A program made the translations under genes and the position numbers. The notes under the pieces are model-generated. The model searched no databases, had not been told where the DNA came from, and was given only the letters and a program-made list of their open reading frames with translations. DNA of 63,007 nt, counting the filler, from Licmophora abbreviata (Eukaryota): NCBI GenBank assembly GCA_900291995.1. It is 10 parts of 10 records of this genome, joined end to end, with 100 filler letters (N's around TTAATTAATTAA, not from the genome) between each part and the next. Parts side by side here need not be neighbours in the genome. Positions count along the whole stretch, not along the records: positions 31,344 to 48,251 come from OLMU01002141.1; 9 more parts are not named here. The stretch is one strand, 5' to 3'. Numbering within the stretch: the stretch's first letter is position 1; each line of letters begins with the position of its first letter. Of this stretch, positions 34,778-45,973 are shown in pieces.

Positions 34778-35135
34778 GAAATGAAGTTGAAAGTGGCTGT
34801 TGGTTACTCTGGTCGCACTTTTCGCCAAAAGTACAAAAGTACGAGTATGGAAATTCAAAATAGCCGTTGGAAATCTTCCGATTTTCAGCAGGTCCGGGTT
34901 TCTTTGTTCCAGAGAGCTCGAATAGACCTCGCAAATACATGGCGCGACGGACAGACTGCATAGTCGCGTGTTGGCGCGCACGGCGTGAAAGTTGAAAGTT
35001 GCTCAATGGCGTCGATCATACATCATGCTCCGTTGAAGCCACCGCTTGTTTCGTTGTTGCTCGCTCACTTTACTACCGTCATTCTCCATTATTCACTCTT
35101 CCCCTTAACGAAATAAGACCATTTCATATTCTACA

Positions 35136-35645
35136 ATGAGTTCAGCTCGAGGGAAAATAACAAAACTGCTTATGCGAACGCCAAAAAAGTCGAAACCTCA
35201 GCTCCGCGAGGCCGCCAAGAAGACGAGCTGGAACATCGTCCGAGGCGACAAGGTCCAGGTCGTCGGGACTCATCCGGAAAAAGGAAAGCAAGGAATTATC
35301 AAAGTCATGATTCGGGAGAAAGATCGAGTCATTGTCGAAGGCATCAACGTCGGAACGAAGAGAATCAAGGGAAATGCAGAGCGCGGTATTGCTGGCAGGA
35401 CTATTTCGAGGGAGCGCCCGATACATTACTCTCATGTCAACTTGGTCGATCCTATTACCAATTCCCCCACACGCGTCTTTCGGAAATTTCTCGACGACGG
35501 CACCAAAGTGCGAGTGTCAAAAAAGAGCGGGGCTATCATTCCCAAGCCCGAAATCTTGAAGATCCGGAAGCGACCTGCGAATTCCATTGTAACGGAGAGT
35601 GACACTCCAGAACACGATGTCTGGGCAGTAACTTATAATCCGTAG
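35136..35645 (+). CDS. MRPL24: Mitochondrial ribosomal protein uL24m
   Basis: KOW motif 'WNIVRGDKVQV..G...GKQG', 'VIVEGIN', 'ERPIHYSHVNLVDP', 'RVSKKSG.IIP'. Confidence 0.9.
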   Translation: MSSARGKITKLLMRTPKKSKPQLREAAKKTSWNIVRGDKVQVVGTHPEKGKQGIIKVMIREKDRVIVEGINVGTKRIKGNAERGIAGRTISRERPIHYSHVNLVDPITNSPTRVFRKFLDDGTKVRVSKKSGAIIPKPEILKIRKRPANSIVTESDTPEHDVWAVTYNP

Positions 35646-35912
35646 AATGACACATCTTGCGATCCCCCTGCTCTCTAAGGAGAGTGTTCTCTTGCACTTC
35701 ATTAATCGTCGACACGGGATCTCTAGGGCGGGGTCCCCTTGAACTTCTCCTTTTGCCTATTGATCTTCCATGCTATTTGGCTGGACTGGTGTTGCTCTTG
35801 CAGTACAAGTACGACTATAAGCCTGCATTTCATGTAAGCACGCTAGGTCTCGAACTAATTTCTAGCTACTTTAATATTACTCTCATGTCGTGATTTTCGC
35901 GTCGCGGCAAGA

Positions 35913-38192
35913 CTACGCCTTACGGGCACGCTTGAGTCGACGACGCTTTCCCGAGGCCTTGCGCAACCGAACAGTATCCTGTTGTTTCGCGTGTACACTT
36001 GCCGTACCAGCTTCGCTTGCACTGGAAGTCGTCGTCTTCGTTGGGACAGTAGGTACGTGGAGCTTGACGTAGTTTGATAGCACGCCGTGCATCCAGCCAG
36101 TCTCATCAAGGGCATCTGGAAGAGGAGGAGCCGTGTGCTGGTCGGGAGTAATAGCCGGATTCGCCTGAATTCCAAACGAATCGGCGACCTTGCGAGCGAC
36201 AATCGAATTCCAAGGATTTGATATGTTCGCCATGTTGGCTACAGAAGTATCACTTGTAGTTGGAAGAGTGTCGACCAAAGAAGCAATCGTTTGCTTGAAC
36301 GCATCAGCAGCTGGACTGTTCGCGGTGGGAAGGAGCATCTTGGCCATGATGGACGCTTGAATAGTACGTTCTGTAGACTTGGCAAGGTGCGAGCGGACCA
36401 ACGAGCGACCTGGCTCCACATCCTTTCGAAGACTCGATGCTGGCAAGAACGCCTCCAATTCTGTCGCAGCGCTAGTGCTCGCATCGACGAGCGAGCACAA
36501 TAGCGTCGTCGACCGGGCGAGTTCCAACGCATCGTCTTGGGGAAACTGTTGGAATTTGACTCCACCCTTGTCCTCGCGTGTCAGTACGAGTCTTGCGGTA
36601 GTTTGCAATAGCTCGACCGCCAATACACGCGTCTCATGATCGACGGGTGCAGTGTAACATGTAGTGGCAGTGCCAGCGTTACCATTGACGAGTTCTGCAC
36701 CTTGCGTGTCGCTACTCACATAGATGGGTACTAGTCTAGCCAAGGCAATCCACAAGGAACGGAGGGCGCCGACGAATGGAAGAGCCAAACCGAGTCCCGA
36801 ATTGAGCATCTCGATGATGGATAAGGCCAAGGACGTGAACCGAACCGCGTCGTGGACAGATTCGATATTGGTTGTTGAAGAGCTTGCAGTAGGGGCAGTA
36901 GTCATCGTGAGACTCATCGTTGCCATGTCCAGTACGTCAAGCGCAAGCTCCAATATATTGCGCCCAAATGCTTCACACTGGTGCAAGAATGTGTCGATGT
37001 CTTTACGGCCGTCAGAAGAAGAGGAGGGAAGGAGCGAAGTACGGTCGATCGAGGTGTGTTGGGGGACGTGGCGTACCTCGTCTTCGTCGTCGTATTGCTC
37101 CTTGTCTTGCGCTTGTACAAGACGAAATTGCTCTTGCAACCAGTCCTTGACGCTGATACAAGTCGATGGATGGTTTTGGTGATGAAGAAAGATCATATGC
37201 TGCAAAAGAAATGCCGCCAACGACACGAGCGCGAATTGTCCGTCCATTCGACTTTCATCTGAAGTAGTCGTTGTCGTTTTTGTTGGTGGTGAAGTATCTG
37301 CCGTCGTCGAGTCGAGTGTGACACAACAAGTAGGTAGAATCAATTGTAACCAACGAATCGTTTCATATTCACGCAAAAAGGGGAACAATGAATGTGACTC
37401 TGGGACTGTGGCCAAGTGGACGTAGAGCGTGGACAAGAGTTCGGAGAGTAGAGGGTGATGCGCAAGCACGTCCTGGTGGTTTTGGTGCTGCAATGTCATC
37501 ATAGAGTGAGCTGCATCCGCAGTCGAAAGATCAGCAGTCGCTTCGTGGAGGAGACCGCCGATGCGATCCAACAAAGCATCGACATGGTCTGCGTGCAAAC
37601 CCTGTTCTGCGATTGTGCTGTCCATGAGAATGTGAGAGGCGACATGAGCCGTGGAGTAGTACACCTGAAGGATGTCTTGATTCCCAAAGTCGATGATCAT
37701 GGATGCAGCAGAGCTTTGAGTGCAGATTTCCTCCAGGGCCTGTCCAACGGTGGTGATGAATGACACCAGGCTCGTCTGTAGCTGTATCAAGCAGACAGCA
37801 GACATCTGCTGCTCTGAGCGAGAAGGAGGCTCGCTGGAGGTCTGATCCGTATTGCTATTGCGCTCCAGCAAGACAGCATGGACGCTCTCCACTAGCTTTC
37901 CGAGACGCCTCAGGATGCGACGAAGCTCATACGATTGATTCTTCGAAGCCTGGTTCCGTTGCTGCAGCTGCGAAGGCAGTATCAGCACACTGGATGCGCC
38001 AGTGCTGTTGCTGTTCGTCGTATACGTACTGGCAACAGTCTTGTCGTCCTCCCCGTCGCTGATTCTCGCTTCCAGACACGACCACAAGGTCTCGACTGCA
38101 GTCTGTACCTCCTGTGAGAGACGTTCCATGGTGAAAAGCTCTGAAACGTGTGAAACAGTGGCTCTGAGTATACCATGGTGTGTGCTTGTCAT
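35913..38192 (-). CDS. Uncharacterised helical protein (~760 aa) with basic C-terminal NLS-like tail
   Basis: Long intact ORF divergent from ECM29; no family recognised. Confidence 0.7.
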   Translation of the reverse strand: MTSTHHGILRATVSHVSELFTMERLSQEVQTAVETLWSCLEARISDGEDDKTVASTYTTNSNSTGASSVLILPSQLQQRNQASKNQSYELRRILRRLGKLVESVHAVLLERNSNTDQTSSEPPSRSEQQMSAVCLIQLQTSLVSFITTVGQALEEICTQSSAASMIIDFGNQDILQVYYSTAHVASHILMDSTIAEQGLHADHVDALLDRIGGLLHEATADLSTADAAHSMMTLQHQNHQDVLAHHPLLSELLSTLYVHLATVPESHSLFPFLREYETIRWLQLILPTCCVTLDSTTADTSPPTKTTTTTSDESRMDGQFALVSLAAFLLQHMIFLHHQNHPSTCISVKDWLQEQFRLVQAQDKEQYDDEDEVRHVPQHTSIDRTSLLPSSSSDGRKDIDTFLHQCEAFGRNILELALDVLDMATMSLTMTTAPTASSSTTNIESVHDAVRFTSLALSIIEMLNSGLGLALPFVGALRSLWIALARLVPIYVSSDTQGAELVNGNAGTATTCYTAPVDHETRVLAVELLQTTARLVLTREDKGGVKFQQFPQDDALELARSTTLLCSLVDASTSAATELEAFLPASSLRKDVEPGRSLVRSHLAKSTERTIQASIMAKMLLPTANSPAADAFKQTIASLVDTLPTTSDTSVANMANISNPWNSIVARKVADSFGIQANPAITPDQHTAPPLPDALDETGWMHGVLSNYVKLHVPTVPTKTTTSSASEAGTASVHAKQQDTVRLRKASGKRRRLKRARKA

Positions 38193-38486
38193 GCGATCAT
38201 CATCTCGATTTTCGGCGCGCGCCAAACTTCTGATGCTCGACTCCTTTGACTAAGACAGTGTGTGTGACTCAGTCGACTCAACTCGAATCGCGCGACGTTC
38301 TCGCGCTCACCTTCGGTGGCATTCTTCGGCGCGCGCTTTTTTTCGTTTTTGGAATGTTGGCGTTTTCTTGTTGCATCTCAATTTGGAACATGTCCATTTT
38401 TGTTGTCACTTTTGTCCTCTACAACATCATCACAGGACAGTGCTTCTCTCTTTTGACACCGAAATAACTCTTCTCCTAAGCAAAAC

Positions 38487-41400
38487 ATGACAACAGAACA
38501 GACAGAGCTTCTTCAAAAGACCGCGACGAGCGACTTGCAGTCTCTCAATCGCGTCTCGCACAAGCTCGCCATGACGGAAAGTGGCCAAGCGTTGCAGCGC
38601 GTACTTGCTGTCTTGTTGCCTCGATTGTTACAAAGAATCGGTTCCAATCATGCTTTGAAACAATCTGCATCGTCCAATCGTAATTCTACATCGGGTAGTG
38701 CTGCTTCTACTAATACTCTCATTGCAACCTACGACCAGATTCATGCCAAACTTGTCGAAATGATGAGTCACATCATGAAGCGGGTGAGGCACGAGAGTGC
38801 GTGTCAATTGCCATGTCGAGAAATATTGGGACTCTTGTATAATGAAAAGGATGCGGATGCTGCTGCTACTCCACTGACATCGAGCGACAAGAATGTCAAT
38901 CCTTTCACTGTCAATCTTGCTCTGGCTTTTCTGACTTTGGGGGTGCCCCGACTCTCTGAGGTTGGACATGTAGAAGTCCTTGTGCCTGGATTGCTGGTCT
39001 TGCTGGGCGGCTACTCTACGATATGCAACAATAGCACCAACGGCAAGTCTCTATCGACAACTGCTGCGAAGACTGCACAAGCGAATCAAGTCGCTCATTT
39101 GCTTCTGAGCTGTATCGAACGACTGGTGACGGAGGGTACGCTTGTTGCCCCGAAGTCGGAGCAGAGTACTACTGCTGCTTCAACTGCTACTGGTGAAAAG
39201 ACTCCCATTCAACAGATTCGGCAGCTCCTACAAGATGACTCTACGGTTGCGCAGGCACTCTTTGATTTGTTGTTGGATTCGCTGTTGTATCAGCCTCATT
39301 CCAATTCTAACATGCCACCCCCTGGCTTGTCGCAAGCGGGACACGAGCGGTTGCGAAGCAATGCGACTTGGGTCAAGGATATGAGTTTGCAGAAGCGATT
39401 ATGTGACTTCAAGGTCGCGATGCTGGACTTCGTGTCGCCAAGTAAACGGTGGAGTGTATACTTGCCTGACTCGAGCACGAGTACGAGTAGCGATGGTATT
39501 GCTGATCGGAACAATGGTGGCGACTCTTCATCGGCCGCTAGAAACTTGGCACGGACAGTGGCACTGCTGGTGGCGGCATCGGGAGATTCGCATCGTGATC
39601 TTGCCGAACGGGCTCAGCAATTCTTAAAGTCGCACTTTGAACCGACAGCACGCACGGATACAGCAAGGATACTCGGAGACGCGATGGGACTATCCACTAC
39701 ACTTTTGTCATTGTGCGTGGGAGAATCCAATGCCGACAGTGCCGTCAAGAAAATCTTGGGTGATACACGACAAAGAGTGAGTGGAGGACGTTGGGTCGCA
39801 CAGTAGTTTTCGACTCGCGGGCTCCTCCATCACAACGGCAGCTTGTGCTTTCTTGGAAGCGACGCATGGTGGGCGACAAGACGTGCTCGGCATTGATGAA
39901 ATTTGTTGCGACACAAATTTTGGACGACACACCGAGTTGGGCCGTATCTGAAGCTCTAGTCCTGGGCGACTTGAGCAGTCTTGCGGCCGATCGTTGGTTG
40001 CTATCCACCGGAGGAACGTCTATCATGTCGGCGCAGCGCGCTGCTCCGTACGTGGCAGCGTCTCAATTGCTGAACTCGCTAGTGGTACGACTTACGTCCC
40101 TTCTTGAGAGAACAAACACTGGTGCGGATGATTTCACGGTCGTTGCGGATTGTCTCGCCAAAAGTCTGTCGACAGTTTGTTCGGTTGTTTCTGGTGCATC
40201 CACACCTCGTCCTGCTGCAACTCCTGGTACCGACGAGGGCAGCCTCGCCATGCGAGACGCTTGCTATGGAGCGATTTGTGCCTTGTCCAGATCCGGAGTT
40301 TTTGTGTCACGAAACGAGGGATGGGTTTTCTCGTGTGGCAACGTCGATAGCAACATGTCTGCTGCAACGTCTCCCGCAGTGTCGGTAGAAACGGCTTCGT
40401 TGCTGTTTGGGTGTGCGTCGAACGAACAGGAAACATTGCGCCCACGCGCCGTTGCGGCACTCGATGCGCTACTAGGAGCGTATTGTCGATTGTACGCGAA
40501 AATAGAGGACCAGAGCGTCGCATCTCCCTCTGTTGTGCCAATGGACGGTGTTTATGGTGAAAAAGTTTTGAGCAACCCTTGGGGGAGCTCACCGACACAG
40601 GAAGATGCGCTCACCGTCTCGGATGCAAAGCGTGCTCGCATGAGCCGAGTCGGTGGTGAGGGTGAAATAGCGAATGACAATGAAGGATTGGCACGGGTGC
40701 TGAATCCGTTGCTATGGAGCGCTTCGCAAGCAACACAGGCCAAGGCTTCTCGTGTGGCAGCCGCACGATGGGCCGGTGACTTGCTCAAGGGGCTGGATCT
40801 ATCAGGCGCTTGCCACCTTCTTTGCTTCCTTGCGGGTGACTCGGATGTTACCGCTGCATCAATTGCGCGCCAAGGACTAGGACTATCTCAGAAGGTTGGA
40901 GAAGGCTACGATACCGCCATATCGCTAGAAGATGGATTCCTTCCGGAATTCGGCGAATTGACGACAGTCTTGTTTTCACAGTCTTCGCTGGAATCAAGAT
41001 CAGCGAGACCGTCTTTCTTTGAATTTTCGCACAATGGGAAAGCCGTCGCCCTTCGATTCAGTCTGACTTGCATGTTTGGCGACCTTTATGATGGAGAGGA
41101 TGGCGCGGTCACGACGTATATGCTGGCTATAAGGTCGACACTGGCTGCCTTTCGTGACAACAGGATGATGGGACGAGATTCGGTTGACCTGTTGGATGAA
41201 TCTGCAATCTGTTTGGCTGGATGTCTGTCGACATCGCAATATGCCCGCCGTTTGGTTGTGAGCGAGCAGGCATTGCTGTGTTTGGCGGATATGGAGCGTC
41301 TCGCCGTCGGAGTCCTCTCGTCAAAGGCGCGTCGCTACCTCTCGGAGGCATGTGGGCACGTTTATGAGGACGAAACGCAATGGGCGGGCGCTAAGAGTAG

Positions 41401-44400
41401 CAGTGTCGCCCTTCATGAGTGGGTCGAAAAATCTGGGGTAAACCGAGCACTGAGCATGTGCGAGGATAAATTAAGTGGGCTGCAATCTGGTCAGTCTGCA
41501 AGTGGAGAGATTCACGGGTCAGCGTACCTTGGAGCACGATCTGTCCGGGCTTTTCGCCTGATCGCTGCCCGTCACCCAATGTCAGAAGATGCCACAGTAA
41601 GACAGTGCTGGGAAATGGCGGGTCGAATACTAGCGCTCTTAAGTCAAGGCCTGCTGCACGCGGACGAGGTTATCGGTAATGCTGTGGCACACAGCCTTCA
41701 GATCGCTTTTTCCTACAACGATGCTGATGCGCCGATTCTGGACGAGCATCTTCATGTCGGGACAACACAAGCCCTGACAGGACTCGAATCTGCTCTCCGC
41801 AAGTTTGGTGGTGGGGATCACACGGATCCCATTCGAGCGTCGGTCTTGGCACGCGCCGCAGGCGCAGCTCTTGCGGCTTCAACATCGGCAGCAGGACTCG
41901 TTACAGCCAATGAGTGCGACCCAAGAAGCGAGGGTAGTGTTGGTCCGTCAAGGTTGCAATGTGTTGAAGCTTTGTTTTCGTTGCTTGGATCACCTGCGTT
42001 CAGGAAGGATGCCGAGGTTGCATTAGCAGCGGGCGAGGCTCTGGCGCTGTACACAGACGCATACAGTCCCAGGGTTGCCATGTGGAGTTCAAATTCGACT
42101 AGATGGCCAGAGAACTTCGACGAAGAGCTATCAAGCACTCTACCACCCCATCAACAGGTCCTGCATATTCTCCTGAAGCGGGAGATCATGGTATCAAGTC
42201 CTCACAAGCGAACAGCCTGTGCCCCGGCTCTCCTCGCTCTAGTCGGACGTGCAACGAAAATGGTTAACGAAAATGTCGCAATGTCATCACGATATTTGGT
42301 TCGTGAACTACTATCTCATCTCGCAGACATCCAACAAGCTTTCATTGTACTGCTTGCTGATCCCAAGAGCAAACAATTCACCAGGGAAAGTGCATGTATT
42401 GGTCTCGCTGCGTGCTATGGACTTGCGCGAGCCGCTTCAATTCAATCCCAGTCGGATGAAATGATTGACGGTGATTTGTCGGGGGGTCTCAATGATAGCC
42501 TTCTGCGAGCGTTTGGTCAGACTACCAACTTTGGTGGCAGTGCACTCATGGAGACACGTGGGCAAGAAGCAGAACGGAGACAAGAGGCTAGTCGTGAACA
42601 AGAGAGTGGAACGTCGCTGGTCGAGCCATTCGGTATAGAGAGCGAGCAAGTTGCGGTCGGTGGCACTGCCGGGCTCAGTGAAGCATCTCTCGGGGCGTAT
42701 CGGGAGATGGCTGCAGCTTCTCTTGCTTTACAAAGGCCAGATATTCTTTACACGCTCTTGATGCTCTCAGTTTCGAGTCCAGTTTGGTTCAGCCAAGGGC
42801 TCCGTGATCGCTACAGCGTCGCTGCAATACTCGGAGAATCTTCAATTGTGGGAACACGTGCAAATGCAGCGGCGATGCGTGTAGCGCTTAGACCCCACCT
42901 AGCGAAGCTCATTCCTCGCCTTCTCCGGGCCTGTCACGACCCGAACAAGCAGACCAGAGAACAGTTGGGCACATTGTGGGTCGGGCTTACCGGTGGAGGA
43001 GCCGAAGCTCGAGCGGCCATTACACTTCACCTTCTGACAACGATTGACACCTTGATTGGGGACGCTTCCAACAAGTTCTGGCGGGCACGAGTTGGTGCTT
43101 GCGGTGCGCTTGCTGAAGTTATCGTCGGTCGATCATGGAATGAGCTTGGCGGAGGAAACCCAGTCATGGATGACGACGAAGTCATGGTTCGGACCAAGAC
43201 GGATCACACTCCTGCGGGAATCCGACTTCTTCGTCTATGGAGAGCTGTCGTGAGAGCTCTCGATGACGTTCGGCTCGCCGTTAGAGAAAGTGGAGAGACG
43301 CTAGCGAGAAGTCTGAAGGCTCTCACAATTCGTTTATGTGATCCATCTGCTTGGGAAGACTCTGAAGAACGTGAAACGTCTGAGAGTGAACAAGAGCGCC
43401 TTGTCCATGCGAAGGCGGCGGCGGCGACCTCGCTTCGATGGCTTGTGAAGTTTGGCTTGAACCAGCAATGTGACGAGGCGACGGGTGCGTGCGTTTCATG
43501 TCTTCTGGGTGTCATTGATGTTGTTCAACCTGTGGTCCTGCAGCCGGTACTCTCCGACATAATCGGAGCTCTACTTATGGCCATTAGCGGCCTTGAACCA
43601 AACGCACTGAACTATCTACAAGTCCGGGCTGCTGGACGTGATTCGTCGGGTGACTCTTACGATAGACTGGAACGTATTCGCTTGCAGATGGCTCAGAGCG
43701 GCCCGATTGCGGCCGCTCTGACCAAGTGTCTCGACATTGTTCCCTTACTGAATGATTTGCAAGCGCAGAAGAAAGTTATTCCCCAGCTCGACTCCTCACT
43801 GCGTGGTGGGGCTGGTACGTCTCCGTGCAATTGTTTCAGAGGCAGCGTGCGTATTCATGAATATTCTCATACGACTCAATGGTTGTTTTACAGGTTTCGC
43901 GACGCGTGCGGCCACCGCAGATGCGGTTTCTTCGTTGTGTGCCAAGTGTCCGATCGCTTTCAAGTTTCAGGGAAGCTCAACTGGGAATCCCACTGTACGC
44001 CTTCTTCGTGCGCTCTACTTTGCTAGCGAGCGGGAGCATGGACAAGCGGCAAGAGACAAAATGGCCCATGCATTGGGAAACCTTGCTGCAGTGGCACCTG
44101 GATCGAGCGTACGGTCTCTGGCTGTTCGAGCTTGTGAGCGTTACACTGCTGCTACAGGTAGCAACGATGACCCCGCTGCGAGACGTGCAGCGGCGGCAGC
44201 TCTTCGTGCTCTGGCAGTTCGCGCGAGTTCTCATTTGGCGGACGGAGGCCCGAACGATATATGGTGCAAGAAGGTGTTGCCTCTCGCTTTCCTAGGTCAG
44301 AAGGATGCGGACAGCAAAGTCGCTGCCCTGTGGAAAGAAGTATGGAATGAGGGAGGGGCAGTATGTGGCTCATCAAAAGGCAATTTGTCGACTGGTGATG

Positions 44401-45884
44401 CATCTGGCACTCTCCTCGAGGACCAGCTGCTACCGTATTTAGTCACAGCATGCGTCGAAGCCATGAATGACGTATCATGGGCGAGACGAGAAGCAGCGTG
44501 TACGGCTTTGGTCGAACTTTGCGATTTGGGAATTCTTTCGCCTGTTCCTAGGGGGTTAACATCCTCCTCTGCGGATGCTGAGCAGTCCAGGGCAAGGCAC
44601 CGTGCGGAAGCCGCTTGTCTAGCGTTGAAGTCGTCCGTATCGCTCATGATGAGACCTCGTGTGTGGAAAGGCAAAGCGTCTGTAGTCAAGGCTGCCGTGA
44701 AGGTAGCTGGTCAGTGGACCGCGGCTATTCTTTCAGAAGATTCCAGGTCAATTTTTGGGTGGGATTCTTTGCGAGAAACGTGCCCCTGGACGCCATTCGT
44801 AATCAAAGCTGAAAAGAACGAGAAAGATCTATTTCTGGGGGATGGGTGGTTCAGATCAATGCACGAATCTTTCGTGGAGACGTCAGCAACTACTGAGTTG
44901 AGTCCTTCAGTGGTGGAAAACTCGATGCGTGTGAGCGACAACGACAGAGACGATAGTAGAATCGATTTTGCTGAATTGGATAGAATCCTTGAGTCAGAAG
45001 TCGAACAAGAGGAAGAAGTTGCTATGGAGGAGGACATAACCGGACATCTCACACTTTCTGGATTGTGCCAGGCTCTTCTCTATCAGGGGCTACCGAACGA
45101 AGGAGTGAAGATTTCCGCGGTGTCGGTCAATGATTTGCTTCCATATCGGGCATCGGCGCTCGAAGGGCTGGCTGATCTTCTGCGGACAGTCCTTGTGCAC
45201 GGAGGAGCTGATTCGGCTTCTGGAGTTGCCATGGTAAAGGCGATGTTGTACGGTAGATTGTCGCCATCGCTCATCAAGGCTATCTCTCTCGGAGATAGCC
45301 CAAGTGACGAAGTAGGCAAATCGGCGCGACCTCCTATTATCGTCGCAAAATCGATCGACTGCTTAGCCGCCTCAATTTGGGAAGGAATCGGACACTGTGA
45401 GAGCTCAGAGGCGACACCTAAGAACGTCGTAGAATTGCTTACCATTCTCCGCCGTGCTGGAGGTCCCAAGCAGGCTGCGTGGACCGTTCGTGAATCCTCG
45501 GCGCTTGCAGCGGCATCTATCGTCTCCCTGTGCCATCCCGCCGTTTTCCAGTCCCATCAGACAGTAGATGAGCTGATAGACATGGCGAAATACGCATTGA
45601 CAGACAGAAAGTTCTGGCGTGTTAGAGTGGCGGGTTTAAAGATTATTTTTGCTCTCGTCAGCAGAGCTCGACCGGCGGCGGAGAAGTCTGCTGCCTGGTC
45701 TTTGCGAGGGCCTGGAGCTTCCAGAGCTGTGCCTAGTGCGGAAGAAAGCCACATAGTACTCGAAACACTGCTGCCTCAAAAAGAAACGGTTCTAGACCTG
45801 GCTCGTTCGAGCTTGACAGACTCGCAGGCAAATGTCGCATCGAAGGCCAGCGACATTGTAAAAGAAATGGCGTGGTGGCCGTAA
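38487..45884 (+). CDS. ECM29: Proteasome adaptor/scaffold ECM29 (HEAT repeats); frame break at ~39780-39800, intron 43815-43893
   Basis: 'LIPRLLRACHDPN', 'WRARVGAC.AL', 'RALDDVR..VR', 'ISGLEP..LNYL' Ecm29-type motifs across three ORFs. Confidence 0.85.
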
Positions 45885-45973
45885 TCTTAACATCCTGTAG
45901 GTTACAGTAATTTGTGATAGCTTGAATCTCATATGTGCGTCACTCCTGAACAAACTACTGTACAATAGACGAG

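Noticed and set aside
39770..39810. Programmed frameshift or mini-intron in ECM29 (likewise HSF at ~11965)
   Set aside because: No slippery site; the candidate GT-AG spans in ECM29 (27/30 nt) do not fix the frame. Scattered 1-nt indels across the window point to assembly error.
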